Of a DNA stretch of 64,000 nt, positions 35,359 through 45,657 are shown piece after piece (positions within the stretch are counted from its first letter, which is position 1; every line of letters begins with the position of its first letter). Made by a program: the position numbers and the translations under genes. The DNA is from Clostridia bacterium (GTDB taxonomy: Bacteria; Bacillota; Clostridia; Oscillospirales; RGIG5554). Where the stretch lies: contig JAFWAE010000026.1 in the NCBI GenBank assembly GCA_017507855.1, positions 52,734-116,733 on the forward strand, read 5' to 3'. Below the pieces are notes generated by a model. That model saw nothing but the letters and a program-made list of their open reading frames with translations. It was not told where the DNA came from and searched no databases.

Positions 35359-36762
35359 ATGAGCAACAAAACGGAAAACGAGATCCTGCGGGATTATTTG
35401 CTGTCCAGCAAAAAAAGCGGCTTTGATGTTATGGAGGAAGAAGAGCTGAAGCGGGCTTTTGAATATTGCGAGGGCTACAAGCAGTTTTTAAATGTGGCTA
35501 AGACCGAGCGTTTGGCGGCGGCCGAGGCCATTCGCATGGCCAAGGAGAATGGGTTTAAGGAATTTGACCCTTCTGCCAAGCTGTCTGCCGGAGATAAGAT
35601 CTTTGTCAACAACAAAAACAAATCCGTCATTTTGGCAGTTATGGGCACGGAAACCGTGGACAAGGGCGTGAATCTGGCCGTGTCCCACATCGACTCTCCC
35701 CGTTTGGATCTGAAGCAGCATCCTCTGTTTGAAAACAACGGGGTAGGATACCTGAAGACCCATTATTACGGCGGCATTAAAAAGTTTCAGTGGGTGACCA
35801 TTCCCCTGGCCATTTACGGCACGGTGCTTCGCCGCGATGGGGAAAGTGTGGAGATTGCCATCGGCGACGGGGAAAACGATCCTGTATTTTGCATTTCCGA
35901 CCTGCTTCCCCATCTGGGGCAGGAGCAGATGACCAAGCCTCTGCACCAGGCCTTCACGGGGGAAGGGTTGAACGTGATCTTTGGCAGCGTGCCGCTGAAG
36001 GACGACAAGCTTTCCGACAAGATCAAGGTGGCTTTGATGAAGCTGCTCAACGAACGCTACGGCATCGTAGAGGACGATTTCATGTGTGCCGAGATCGAGA
36101 TCGTGCCCCAGGGAACGGCCAAGGACGTGGGCCTGGACCGCGCTTTGATCGGTGCCTACGGCCACGATGACCGCGTGTGTGCTTACCCCTCTTTGACGGC
36201 ATTGCTGGAGCTGGAGGCTCCTGTGAAAACGGCTGTTTGCGTGCTGGCTGACAAGGAAGAAACGGGCAGTGACGGAAACACGGGTATGCAGGGCTCTTAT
36301 CTGGAATATTTTCTGGGTGATCTGGCTCATATGCAGCAGGTCTGTCCCCACCGTATGATGGAAAACACCGTTTGCTTCTCCGCAGACGTAAATGCGGCCT
36401 TTGACCCCAATTATCCCGAGGTCAGCGAGCTGAACAACAGCGTGCAGCTGCATTACGGCATGGCGGTAACGAAATATACGGGTTCCCGCGGAAAAAGCGG
36501 AACATCTGACGCTTCGGCGGAATTTATGAATAAAGTGCGCCTCCTGTTGGACGGGGAGGGTGTGCTTTGGCAGACCGGCGAGCTGGGCAAGGTGGATCAG
36601 GGCGGCGGCGGAACCGTGGCCAAATACGTGGCTAATTTGGGGCCCGACGTGGTGGACGTGGGCATTCCCGTACTGTCTATGCACGCTCCCTTTGAGATCG
36701 TATCCAAAATCGACGTATATATGGGCCACAAGGCGTTTTCCGCTTTGTACCATAATCTGTAA
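35359..36762 (+). CDS. M18 family aminopeptidase
   Basis: SHIDSPRLDLK, GHDDRVC, DKEETGS, SADV and SMHAP motifs. Confidence 0.93.
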   Translation: MSNKTENEILRDYLLSSKKSGFDVMEEEELKRAFEYCEGYKQFLNVAKTERLAAAEAIRMAKENGFKEFDPSAKLSAGDKIFVNNKNKSVILAVMGTETVDKGVNLAVSHIDSPRLDLKQHPLFENNGVGYLKTHYYGGIKKFQWVTIPLAIYGTVLRRDGESVEIAIGDGENDPVFCISDLLPHLGQEQMTKPLHQAFTGEGLNVIFGSVPLKDDKLSDKIKVALMKLLNERYGIVEDDFMCAEIEIVPQGTAKDVGLDRALIGAYGHDDRVCAYPSLTALLELEAPVKTAVCVLADKEETGSDGNTGMQGSYLEYFLGDLAHMQQVCPHRMMENTVCFSADVNAAFDPNYPEVSELNNSVQLHYGMAVTKYTGSRGKSGTSDASAEFMNKVRLLLDGEGVLWQTGELGKVDQGGGGTVAKYVANLGPDVVDVGIPVLSMHAPFEIVSKIDVYMGHKAFSALYHNL

Positions 36763-36765
36763 GCC

Positions 36766-37497
36766 GTGCCCCGTTTTTTTGTAGAACCCGGCCTTTTGGA
36801 ACAGGAGCAGGTGGTCTTGACCGGTGACGATGCTCGCCATATCGGGCGTTCTCTGCGCATGCGCGTGGGGGAAATGCTGGAGCTTTGCGACGGGCAGGGC
36901 CACGCCGTCAGAGGCGAGCTGGTGCATATGGAGGCCGAGCGTGTAACGGTGGGCAAGCTTTGCCCGCTGGAGGAGAGCACGGAGCCCTTTGTGGCCGTAA
37001 CGGTGTTCCAGGGCCTGCCCAAGGGAGAAAAAATGGAGGCTGTGGTGCAAAAATGTACCGAGCTTGGGGCGGTGCGCATCGTGCCCGTATGCATGAAGCG
37101 CTGCATCGTCACCCCCGAAGGGGGCGCCAAAAAAACAGAGCGCTTGAAGCGCATTGCGCTGGAGGCCGCGAAGCAAAGCGGCCGCTGTTTGGTGCCCGAG
37201 GTGGAAGCCCCCATTTCCTTTGAAGAGGCTTTGCGGCGTTTGAAGGAAGCCACAAGTGCCTTCGTTTGCAGTGAATACGAGCGTGAGCTGTCCCTGAAAA
37301 ACTGGGTCGCACAGCAAAAGACCGCCCATGAAACGGCCTTTTTGGTAGGGCCGGAGGGCGGTCTGGACGAAACGGAGCTGGCCCGCCTTCGGGAGGAGGG
37401 CTTGACGGAGATCACTTTGGGACGGCGCATTTTGCGCACGGAAACAGCGGCGCCGGCCGTGACGGCCGTTTTGGTCTACGAATGGGGCGACCGCTGA
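36766..37497 (+). CDS. rsmE: 16S rRNA m3U1498 methyltransferase
   Basis: QKCTELG, EAAKQSGR, VGPEGG and LGRRILRTETA motifs. Confidence 0.95.
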   Translation: MPRFFVEPGLLEQEQVVLTGDDARHIGRSLRMRVGEMLELCDGQGHAVRGELVHMEAERVTVGKLCPLEESTEPFVAVTVFQGLPKGEKMEAVVQKCTELGAVRIVPVCMKRCIVTPEGGAKKTERLKRIALEAAKQSGRCLVPEVEAPISFEEALRRLKEATSAFVCSEYERELSLKNWVAQQKTAHETAFLVGPEGGLDETELARLREEGLTEITLGRRILRTETAAPAVTAVLVYEWGDR

Positions 37498-37501
37498 TCC
37501 T

Positions 37502-37825
37502 TTACAGCAAAATATAAGCCAAAGCCAGCAACAAAAGAGGATCGCCATCCTCCTCCAGCAGGACCCACAGCAGGGCCAGCAACAGCCAGGTATCCGCCCC
37601 CTTGGAGGGAAAATTCCGTTCCCTTTCCGGGGGAGGAGGGGTGGAGCGGGCCGCCGTATCCGTCGCGGAGGCGGGAGAGGCCGCAGGATTCGGCGCAACT
37701 TCACGAGGATGCACGGCCTGCTGCTGACGGCGGTAAAACTCACGCACGCGGCGCTCGGCCGCCTGTTGCAGGCGCACGGTTTCCCCGTCTGCAGGGGAAA
37801 GTTGCTTGGAATACATGAGGCTCAT
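37502..37825 (-). CDS. Hypothetical protein with Pro-rich linker and C-terminal hydrophobic hairpin
   Basis: D.WLLLALLWVL..E..D.LLLLALAYILL tail; RBS AGGAG. Confidence 0.7.
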   Translation of the reverse strand: MSLMYSKQLSPADGETVRLQQAAERRVREFYRRQQQAVHPREVAPNPAASPASATDTAARSTPPPPERERNFPSKGADTWLLLALLWVLLEEDGDPLLLLALAYILL

Positions 37826-37831
37826 CTCCTG

Positions 37832-38179
37832 TTAAAGGGCTTGAAGGATGTCGTCGGAAAAAAGGGAAAACATTTCGGCCAGCTTCAGCAATTTGCAGGC
37901 CGAGTCGATCTTAGCGGCTCTGGCAGGGCTGACCAACGGCTTTAGGGCGTGCAACAGGGCGATGCGCTGGCTTTGCACGGGCGCGCTTAACGCACTGATA
38001 AGCTTGGCCGCCACGGCCGCTTCCTTAGGGCTTGGTTCCCCGTCTGCGGCAGACTCTGCCACCCCGTTTTCTTCGGGCGGCGGACCCAGCAGGGCTTGGG
38101 CCGCGCCCCGCGCCTTTTCCAGGGCGTTGGGGTCGGACAGAAAGCTTTCCAGCAGGGAGGAGATGTCGTTGGGGTTCAC
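37832..38179 (-). CDS. Hypothetical protein
   Basis: L.DP.ALEK.. and RIALLHALKPLVSPARAAKID motifs; overlaps the upstream gene by 4 bp. Confidence 0.7.
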   Translation of the reverse strand: MNPNDISSLLESFLSDPNALEKARGAAQALLGPPPEENGVAESAADGEPSPKEAAVAAKLISALSAPVQSQRIALLHALKPLVSPARAAKIDSACKLLKLAEMFSLFSDDILQAL

Positions 38180-38427
38180 GGCAGGTCCGCCAGCAAAAAG
38201 CCGATGGCCTTGCCTGCGCGACTGCTTTTAAGCAGGCTTACGGCGGCTTTCAGCTCCGTATGGCTGAGAGTGCGCAAAAGCCTTTTCAGGCCCGCCGCAT
38301 CTCCCAGTGCTTTTTTCATGTCTTTGGGATCCATCCCTGCCTTTTTACAGGCGTCCAGCATTCGTTGGTTCAACTCCCCATCGGGCATTTTCAGCACCTG
38401 GCTGACCGTTTTTTCGGAGATGTCCAC
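38176..38427 (-). CDS. Hypothetical small helical protein
   Basis: GTG start with AGGAAGGTG RBS; first gene of a three-gene unit. Confidence 0.6.
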   Translation of the reverse strand: MDISEKTVSQVLKMPDGELNQRMLDACKKAGMDPKDMKKALGDAAGLKRLLRTLSHTELKAAVSLLKSSRAGKAIGFLLADLP

Positions 38428-38452
38428 GGGTATGTCACCTTCCTTTCAGTCC

Positions 38453-38481
38453 ATTCTATGCACGGAGTGTGAAAAACATGA
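38453..38481 (-). promoter_or_regulatory. sigE-like mother-cell sporulation promoter
   Basis: TCATGTT-14 bp-CATAGAAT. Confidence 0.55.
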
Positions 38482-38948
38482 AGCTTGCCGTTTTTTCGGA
38501 TACTCACGGCCGATGCGAGGCCATGTTGGCCATGGCCCGACGTATGAAAGGGGTGGATTTGTTCGTTCACCTGGGGGATCACGTGGAGGACGCCGCCCGT
38601 TTAGCCGACGCCGTTTGGCCCGTGCGAACGGTTTGCGTGGCGGGAAACGGGGATTTGGGAAGCGGGGAAAAGACGGAGCTGGTGCTGGAAACAGGTGGAT
38701 TTTTGACCGTAGCCGTACACGGGCATCGGCAAAGCGTGAAATTTTCCTCTTTCGGCCTGCTGGCATTGGCCAAGCAGCGCGGGGCACGCCTGGTGCTTTT
38801 CGGTCACACTCACTCGGCAGAGATCTTTACGCAGGATGGGGTGACCTTTGTTTGTCCCGGAACAGCCGGTGGCATCGGCCATTCCCCCACGGCGGCAATG
38901 GTAGAAACAGTCAACGGCGAGCCGTTTTGTCATTTGATCGATCTGTAA
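38478..38948 (+). CDS. YfcE-family metallophosphoesterase
   Basis: SDTHG, HLGD, GNGD, HGH and GHTH motifs. Confidence 0.9.
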   Translation: MKLAVFSDTHGRCEAMLAMARRMKGVDLFVHLGDHVEDAARLADAVWPVRTVCVAGNGDLGSGEKTELVLETGGFLTVAVHGHRQSVKFSSFGLLALAKQRGARLVLFGHTHSAEIFTQDGVTFVCPGTAGGIGHSPTAAMVETVNGEPFCHLIDL

Positions 38949-38969
38949 AAAAACGGGAAGGTGAGGTTT

Positions 38970-40226
38970 GTGAAATTTTGCATCGTGACCTTGGGTTGCA
39001 AGGTCAATCAATACGAAAGCCAAAGCCTTCGTGAAAGCCTGCTTCGCCTGGGCTACGGGGAAAGCCAAAGCCCCGAAACGGCAGACGTGGCAGTGGTGAA
39101 CACCTGTTGCGTAACGGGAGAAAGCGAACGCAAATGCCGCAACGCCGTGCACCGCTTGCGTCGCAAGGCTCCGCAGGCACTGATCGCAGTGTGCGGATGC
39201 TTGGCCACCGTCAACGGCCGTTCTTTGGAGCAGGCAGGGGCCGACATCGTGTGGAAGGGGCACGACAAGCAAAAGCTGGTGCCTGCCATCCACCACCGCC
39301 TCGCGGCCAAGGAAACGGAGGCGGAAGCGGCTTTTATCACCGGCTTTGACGAGCGCACTCGGGCTTACGTCAAGATTGAGGACGGGTGCCGTAATTTTTG
39401 CACCTACTGCATTATTCCTTATGCCCGCGGAAGGATCGTTTCTCGCGAGGAGGAGCAGATCTGCCGCGAGGTGGAAGAGCTGGTGAGACGCGGCTATCGG
39501 GAGTTGGTGATCACCGGCATTGAGATCGCCTCGTACGGAGCGGATAACGGCAAGGAGCTGGGAGGCCTTTTGCAAAAGCTGGACGCTTTGGAGGGGGATT
39601 TCCGTCTTCGTTTGGGGTCGCTGGAACCAAGCTTTGTGACCCCTGCCTTTGCCAAGACTCTGGGCGCGCTGAAAAAGCTTTGCCCTCATATTCACCTTTC
39701 CCTGCAAAGCGGAAGCGATGCCGTTTTGCGGGCCATGAACCGCAAATACGATACGCAAAGATATGGGCAGGCTGCGGCTCTCCTGCGGCAGGCCATGCCG
39801 GGTTGTGAGCTGACCACGGATCTGATCGTGGGTTTCCCCGGAGAAAGCGAGGCTCATTTTCAGGAAAGTTTGGCTTTTGCGGAGAAAATGGAATTTTTAC
39901 AGATCCATATTTTTCCTTATTCACCCCGAAAGGGGACGCCTGCGGCCGAAATGGACGGGCAGGTGGCTCCGCAGGTGAAAAAGCAACGGGCAGCCCGGGC
40001 CGCCGAAATGGCCCAGCGGTGCCGCGAGCAACGTTTGGCCGCGCGGGTAGGTACGCGAGCTGAAATGATCTGTGAGGCAGACGGTTGCGGGTTTACCCGC
40101 GAATATCTCCCCGTGCGAACGGAGGAGAGCCTAAGTCCGGGCGAGGTGGTGCAGGTGCTTTTCACCGGCACGGACGGAAAATTTCTTTTGGCGAAAAGAG
40201 TGGAAAAGCAAGCGTCGGATGCTTGA
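38970..40226 (+). CDS. mtaB: tRNA t6A37 methylthiotransferase
   Basis: TLGCKVNQYES, NTCCVT, CRNFCTYC radical-SAM motif and HIFPYSPR. Confidence 0.93.
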   Translation: MKFCIVTLGCKVNQYESQSLRESLLRLGYGESQSPETADVAVVNTCCVTGESERKCRNAVHRLRRKAPQALIAVCGCLATVNGRSLEQAGADIVWKGHDKQKLVPAIHHRLAAKETEAEAAFITGFDERTRAYVKIEDGCRNFCTYCIIPYARGRIVSREEEQICREVEELVRRGYRELVITGIEIASYGADNGKELGGLLQKLDALEGDFRLRLGSLEPSFVTPAFAKTLGALKKLCPHIHLSLQSGSDAVLRAMNRKYDTQRYGQAAALLRQAMPGCELTTDLIVGFPGESEAHFQESLAFAEKMEFLQIHIFPYSPRKGTPAAEMDGQVAPQVKKQRAARAAEMAQRCREQRLAARVGTRAEMICEADGCGFTREYLPVRTEESLSPGEVVQVLFTGTDGKFLLAKRVEKQASDA

Positions 40227-40251
40227 AATTTTCCTTGTTATATGATACAAT
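40223..40251 (+). promoter_or_regulatory. sigA promoter of purL
   Basis: TTGAAA-17 bp-TACAAT with extended -10 TG. Confidence 0.6.
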
Positions 40252-40290
40252 AAAACAAGAATTTTGAATTTTTAAAACGGGGGTTTTTTT

Positions 40291-43200
40291 GTGGTATACC
40301 GTGTCTATTCCGAGAAAAAACGTGAGCACGCCGTGGAAGCGCAAAGCGTGGCGGCAGATCTGCGTGAAAATTTGGGGCTTACCGCCCTGCGGGAAGTGCG
40401 CTTACTGAACCGCTACGACGTGGAAAACATTCCGCAGGATATTTTTGAGCGCGCCAAAAAGACGGTCTTTTCCGAGCCGCAGGTGGACGAGGTGTACGAC
40501 ACCCTGCCTGCCTTCGGGGCGGATGCGCATTTGCTGGCGGTGGAATATCTGCCCGGTCAGTACGACCAGCGAGCAGACTCCTGCGCCCAATGCATTCAGA
40601 TCATGACTCAGCAGGAGCGTCCTTTGGTCAGCACGGCCAAGGTATACGTTCTTGTGGGCGAATTGACCGAGCAGGAGGTACAGGCCGCGGCGGATTACCT
40701 GATCAACCCCGTGGAAAGCCGCCGTGCGGATATGGCCGAGCGCGCCTCCCTGCAGACCGATTACGAGGTGCCTCAGCAAGTGGCTACCTTGGACGGATTT
40801 TTGGAGCTGGATCAGGCGGGGTTGGCGGATTTCGTGCGTCGTTACGGTCTGGCCATGGACGAGGACGACATTGCCTTCTGCCAGGAATATTTCCGCACGG
40901 AGCAGCGTGACCCCACCATGACCGAGATCCGCGTGATCGACACCTATTGGTCCGACCATTGCCGCCATACCACGTTTTTGACCCGTATCGACAAGGTCAC
41001 GGTGGCAGATGGGGAGATTCAGGAGGCCTTTGAGCAATATTTGGCCGATCGCCGCCAGGTGTACGGCGAGCGCTTGGAACGCAAGCCCGTTTGCCTGATG
41101 GATATTGCCACCTTGGGTGCCAAGAAGCTGAAGGCAGACGGACTGCTGGAGGATCTGGATGCCTCCGATGAGATCAACGCCTGCTCCATTCACATCAAAG
41201 CAGACGTGGACGGCAAGCCTGAGGATTGGCTGCTGATGTTTAAAAACGAGACCCATAACCATCCCACGGAGATCGAACCCTTCGGCGGCGCGGCCACCTG
41301 CCTGGGCGGCGCGATCCGCGATCCCCTCAGCGGACGTACATACGTGTATCAGGCCATGCGTGTGACCGGTGCGGCAGATCCCCGCCGCCCTGTCAGCGAG
41401 ACCATTCCCGGCAAGCTTTCCCAAAAGAAGCTGGTCTGCGGTGCCGCTAACGGCTACAGCAGTTACGGTAACCAGATCGGTCTTTGCACGGGCTTTGTCA
41501 ACGAGATCTACCACGAAGGCTATGCGGCCAAGCGTTTGGAGATCGGCGCGGTATTGGGTGCGGCTCCCAAGGAGAACGTACGCCGTTGCCAGCCCCAACC
41601 CGGTGATGCCGTGATCCTGCTGGGCGGCCGTACGGGCCGTGACGGCTGCGGCGGTGCAACGGGCTCTTCCAAATCCCACACGGCCGATTCTTTGACCACT
41701 TGCGGCGCTGAGGTGCAAAAGGGCAATCCTCCCGAGGAGCGCAAGCTGCAGCGCCTGTTCCGCAATCCTGCCGTGACGAAGATGATCAAGCGCTGCAACG
41801 ACTTCGGTGCAGGCGGTGTGTCTGTGGCCATCGGCGAGCTGGCTGACGGTCTGGATATCGATCTGGATGCAGTGCCCAAGAAATACGAGGGTTTGGACGG
41901 CACGGAGCTGGCCATTTCCGAATCTCAGGAGCGTATGGCTGTGGTGATCGCGGCCGAGGACACCCAGCGCTTTATTGAGGCGGCTGCCCGCGAAAACCTG
42001 TTGGCTGTGCGCGTGGCTACCGTGACGGATAAAAACCGCCTGTGCATGACCTGGAACGGTCATACCGTGGTAGACGTTTCCCGCGATTTCCTGAATTCCA
42101 ACGGTGCGGAAAAGCACACGGAAGCCACCGTGTTGCCCGTGGCCGACGACGATATTTATCAGGTGTACGGTGCTTTGAACGGGCAAGCTCCCGCGGAAGG
42201 CCTGAAGACCTTGGTGTCCGATTTGAATGTTTGCTCTCAGAAGGGCTTGGTGGAGCGTTTTGACAGCTCTATCGGAGCCTGTGCCGTCACCAACCCCTAC
42301 GGCGGCGCTTATCAGCAGACTCCCGTGCAGTTCATGGCCTCCAAGATCCCCATGCTGAAGGGCAAGACCGACACGGCCAGCGTAATGGCCTACGGCTTCT
42401 CTCCCGCCGTGTCCGAAAAGAGCCCCTATCACGGCGCTATGACGGCTGTGGTGGAATCTGCCGCCCGCGTGGTGGCTTCGGGTGCCCCTGCAGACCGTAT
42501 CCGTTTGACCTTGCAGGAGTATTTCCCCCGCACGCAGAACGATCCTCTGCGCTGGGGGTTGCCCATGGCTGCGTTGCTGGGTGCCTACCGCGCTCAGATC
42601 GCCCTGGGGATGCCCGCCATCGGCGGTAAGGACAGTATGTCCGGCACCTTTGAAAAAATGGACGTGCCCCCCACGTTGGTCAGCTTTGCCGTCAGTGTGA
42701 CCAAGGCCTCCAAGGTCATCACGCCTGAATTTAAGCGCGCACGCTCCAAGGTGTACGCGATCTTACCCCGCTATAACGGCTTGACCCCCGATTTTGAAAG
42801 CGTAAAGAAATGCTTTGCCCAGGTTCACGGGCTCTGTGAGCAGGGCAAGGTGCTATCTGCCTGGGCCATCGGCGTGGGCGGCATTGCCGAAGCGCTGTTT
42901 AAAATGGCCATTGGAAACATGGTGGGCTTCTGCGGCCAGGTGCCCGAGGACCTGCTCTATCGCGCCTGCTTTGGCGGCTTCGTGCTGGAAGGAACTGAAG
43001 TGCCCGAGGGGGCTGTCCTTTTGGGCGAGACCGTGTTTGACCGCGTGCTGGAGATCAACGGCAGCAAGGCAGATCTGGACGAACTGGTCGCCCTGTGGCA
43101 CAAGCCTTTGGAAAAAGTATTCCCCACCCGTTCCGGCAGGGACGGCGGCGAGGTGGGCACCCATACCTGTCGGGTGCGTCCTGCCAATATTCACGCCAAG

Positions 43201-44016
43201 CTGGGGAGCATTGCCAAGCCCCGCGTGCTGATCCCCGTGTTCCCCGGTACCAACTGCGAATACGATTCTGCTCGCCGCTTTGAAATGGCAGGGGCGGAGG
43301 CTGTGACCCCCGTTCTGCGCAATCTGACGGCCGAAGCTTTGGATGAGTCTTTGGCAGAAATGGCTTCCTTGATCGATAACAGCCAGATCATCATGATCCC
43401 CGGCGGATTTTCCGGCGGCGACGAGCCCGAAGGCTCTGCCAAATTCATTGCGGCCGTCTTCCGCAACCCCCGCGTTAAAGAGGCCGTGCTGCGCCTGATG
43501 GAACGGCGTGACGGATTGATGCTGGGCATCTGCAACGGCTTCCAGGCTTTGGTCAAGCTGGGCCTGTTGCCCTACGGCACCATTTTGGACGAAATGCCCG
43601 CCGATGCTCCCACCTTGACCTTTAACCATATCGGCCGCCATCAGGCTATGATGGTGCGCACCCGCATTTCCAGTGTGAAATCGCCCTGGTTGAGCAAGGT
43701 AGAAGCGGGCGATCTGCATACCATTCCCGTGTCTCACGGCGAGGGCCGCTTCTTCGCGGATGAGGCTCATTTGAAGATGCTCATTGAAAACGGCCGCATT
43801 GCCACCCAGTACGTGGACGTAGACGGAAAGCCCACCATGCTGGAGCCCTTTAACCCCAACGGTTCCGTGGAGGCTATCGAGGGCATTCTCAGCGCCGACG
43901 GCCGTATTTTGGGTAAAATGGGGCACAGCGAGCGCATTGGCGACGACCTGGCCAAAAACATGGGCGGCGCCCGCGACCAGTTCCTATTTGAATCCGGCGT
44001 GGAATACTTCAAATAA
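40291..44016 (+). CDS. purL: Phosphoribosylformylglycinamidine synthase (large single-chain type)
   Basis: WSDHCRH, ETHNHPT, DFGAGG and SESQERM; glutaminase GICNGFQ and MGHSER. Confidence 0.96.
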   Translation: MVYRVYSEKKREHAVEAQSVAADLRENLGLTALREVRLLNRYDVENIPQDIFERAKKTVFSEPQVDEVYDTLPAFGADAHLLAVEYLPGQYDQRADSCAQCIQIMTQQERPLVSTAKVYVLVGELTEQEVQAAADYLINPVESRRADMAERASLQTDYEVPQQVATLDGFLELDQAGLADFVRRYGLAMDEDDIAFCQEYFRTEQRDPTMTEIRVIDTYWSDHCRHTTFLTRIDKVTVADGEIQEAFEQYLADRRQVYGERLERKPVCLMDIATLGAKKLKADGLLEDLDASDEINACSIHIKADVDGKPEDWLLMFKNETHNHPTEIEPFGGAATCLGGAIRDPLSGRTYVYQAMRVTGAADPRRPVSETIPGKLSQKKLVCGAANGYSSYGNQIGLCTGFVNEIYHEGYAAKRLEIGAVLGAAPKENVRRCQPQPGDAVILLGGRTGRDGCGGATGSSKSHTADSLTTCGAEVQKGNPPEERKLQRLFRNPAVTKMIKRCNDFGAGGVSVAIGELADGLDIDLDAVPKKYEGLDGTELAISESQERMAVVIAAEDTQRFIEAAARENLLAVRVATVTDKNRLCMTWNGHTVVDVSRDFLNSNGAEKHTEATVLPVADDDIYQVYGALNGQAPAEGLKTLVSDLNVCSQKGLVERFDSSIGACAVTNPYGGAYQQTPVQFMASKIPMLKGKTDTASVMAYGFSPAVSEKSPYHGAMTAVVESAARVVASGAPADRIRLTLQEYFPRTQNDPLRWGLPMAALLGAYRAQIALGMPAIGGKDSMSGTFEKMDVPPTLVSFAVSVTKASKVITPEFKRARSKVYAILPRYNGLTPDFESVKKCFAQVHGLCEQGKVLSAWAIGVGGIAEALFKMAIGNMVGFCGQVPEDLLYRACFGGFVLEGTEVPEGAVLLGETVFDRVLEINGSKADLDELVALWHKPLEKVFPTRSGRDGGEVGTHTCRVRPANIHAKLGSIAKPRVLIPVFPGTNCEYDSARRFEMAGAEAVTPVLRNLTAEALDESLAEMASLIDNSQIIMIPGGFSGGDEPEGSAKFIAAVFRNPRVKEAVLRLMERRDGLMLGICNGFQALVKLGLLPYGTILDEMPADAPTLTFNHIGRHQAMMVRTRISSVKSPWLSKVEAGDLHTIPVSHGEGRFFADEAHLKMLIENGRIATQYVDVDGKPTMLEPFNPNGSVEAIEGILSADGRILGKMGHSERIGDDLAKNMGGARDQFLFESGVEYFK

Positions 44017-44019
44017 ATC

Positions 44020-44712
44020 GTGGACGGACAGTTTGAACGCACACAACGCCTTGTGGGAGCGGAGGCCATGGAAAAGCTGGCCTCCTCCCACGTGGCGATC
44101 TTCGGCTTGGGAGGCGTGGGCAGTTGGGCTTGCGAGGCCCTGGCCCGTTGCGGCATCGGCCGCTTTTACCTGGTGGATGGGGACACGGTGGAAAAAACCA
44201 ATCTCAATCGCCAGCTGATCGCCCTTCATTCCACCTTAGGCAAGCCCAAGGTGGAGGTTATGGCCCAACGCATTACCGACATCAACCCTTCCGCCGCTGT
44301 GGAAGCCAGGCAGCTTTTCTTTGACGAAAGCAACGCCGGTGAAATTCCCTTCGGGGAATTTGATTACGTGGTGGACGCCATTGATACAGTCAGCTCCAAG
44401 CTGTTGCTAATCCGCTTGGCTGTGCAGGCGGGGGTCCCCGTGCTCAGCTGTATGGGAACAGGCAACCGTTTGGAGGCCGATTCCTTTCGCATTGGAAGGA
44501 TCGAGCAAACGGAGGGATGTCCCTTGGCCCGCGTGATGCGGCGTGAGCTTCGTTTGCAGGGGATTAAAGGGGTGCGGGTGCTTTATTCCCCCCAAGCTCC
44601 TCACGTGACGTCTCAGGCAGGAGTTTCTCCGGCCAGTATCTCCTTCGTCCCTTCTGCGGCAGGCTTGAAAATTGCCGGGGAAGTGGTGCGGCAGTTAATG
44701 GAAAAAGGATGA
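44020..44712 (+). CDS. tcdA: tRNA threonylcarbamoyladenosine dehydratase (ThiF family)
   Basis: GLGGVGS, TNLNRQ, VVDAID and CPLARVMR motifs. Confidence 0.88.
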   Translation: MDGQFERTQRLVGAEAMEKLASSHVAIFGLGGVGSWACEALARCGIGRFYLVDGDTVEKTNLNRQLIALHSTLGKPKVEVMAQRITDINPSAAVEARQLFFDESNAGEIPFGEFDYVVDAIDTVSSKLLLIRLAVQAGVPVLSCMGTGNRLEADSFRIGRIEQTEGCPLARVMRRELRLQGIKGVRVLYSPQAPHVTSQAGVSPASISFVPSAAGLKIAGEVVRQLMEKG

Positions 44713-45632
44713 AAAACATGACGACCTATGAGCTTCAGCAAGAGATCCTGCGCTTAAAAAAAGAAAAGAACGCCTGCATTTTGGCACATAGCTACCAAGG
44801 ACACGACGTTTTGGAAATTGCCGATATTTGCGGCGATTCCTTCCGCCTCAGCCAAGCGGCTGCCCAGGTGGATGCACCGCTGTTTATCGTCTGCGGCGTG
44901 CATTTTATGGCCGAAACCGTCAAGTTGCTTTCTCCGGAAAAGAAGGTCATTTTGGCCCATCCTCAGGCAGGTTGCCCCATGGCGGAGCAATTCGGCCCCG
45001 AAGAGGTCTTGGCCTTTCGCAAGGAAAATCCCGATGCGGCTGTGGTCTGCTACGTCAACACCACCGCGGCGCTGAAGGCGGTCTGCGACGTTTGTGTGAC
45101 CTCCTCTTCCGCCGTCAACATCGTTAAAAAAATGACCCAAAAGAAGATCCTTTTCATTCCGGACTGTCATTTGGGAGCCTACGTGGCCTCCCACGTGCCG
45201 GATAAAGAGATCGTTTTGTGGAATGGGGGATGTCCCATTCACGCTGGTGCCACCAAGGAAGACGTGGCGCGGGTGAAGGCCGCCCATCCCAATGCCAAGC
45301 TGTTGGTGCATCCCGAATGCTTGCCCGAGGTGGTAGAGCAGGCGGATATGGTGGGCTCTACGGCAGATATTTTAAAATATGCCCGCCAAAGCACGGCAAA
45401 GGAATTTATTATTGGCACGGAGATCAGCATTGCAGAGCATTTGAGCTTTGAATGCCCGGAGAAAGTCTTTTATCCCATGTGGCCTAAGCTGCAGTGTGCC
45501 GATATGCGCTTGACCACCCTGCCCGACGTGCATCGCGCCTTGTTGGGCACGGGAGGCCTTGTGATGGAAATGGAGGCCGGGCAGATGGCGCAGGCTCGCC
45601 GCTGCATCGACGCTATGATCCGCCTGGGATGA
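44709..45632 (+). CDS. nadA: Quinolinate synthase
   Basis: ILAHSYQ, CGVHFMAET, GCPMA, YVNT, CPIH and HPEC motifs. Confidence 0.95.
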   Translation: MKNMTTYELQQEILRLKKEKNACILAHSYQGHDVLEIADICGDSFRLSQAAAQVDAPLFIVCGVHFMAETVKLLSPEKKVILAHPQAGCPMAEQFGPEEVLAFRKENPDAAVVCYVNTTAALKAVCDVCVTSSSAVNIVKKMTQKKILFIPDCHLGAYVASHVPDKEIVLWNGGCPIHAGATKEDVARVKAAHPNAKLLVHPECLPEVVEQADMVGSTADILKYARQSTAKEFIIGTEISIAEHLSFECPEKVFYPMWPKLQCADMRLTTLPDVHRALLGTGGLVMEMEAGQMAQARRCIDAMIRLG

Positions 45633-45657
45633 CCTTGTGGTGAAAGGAGGAAGCCCC

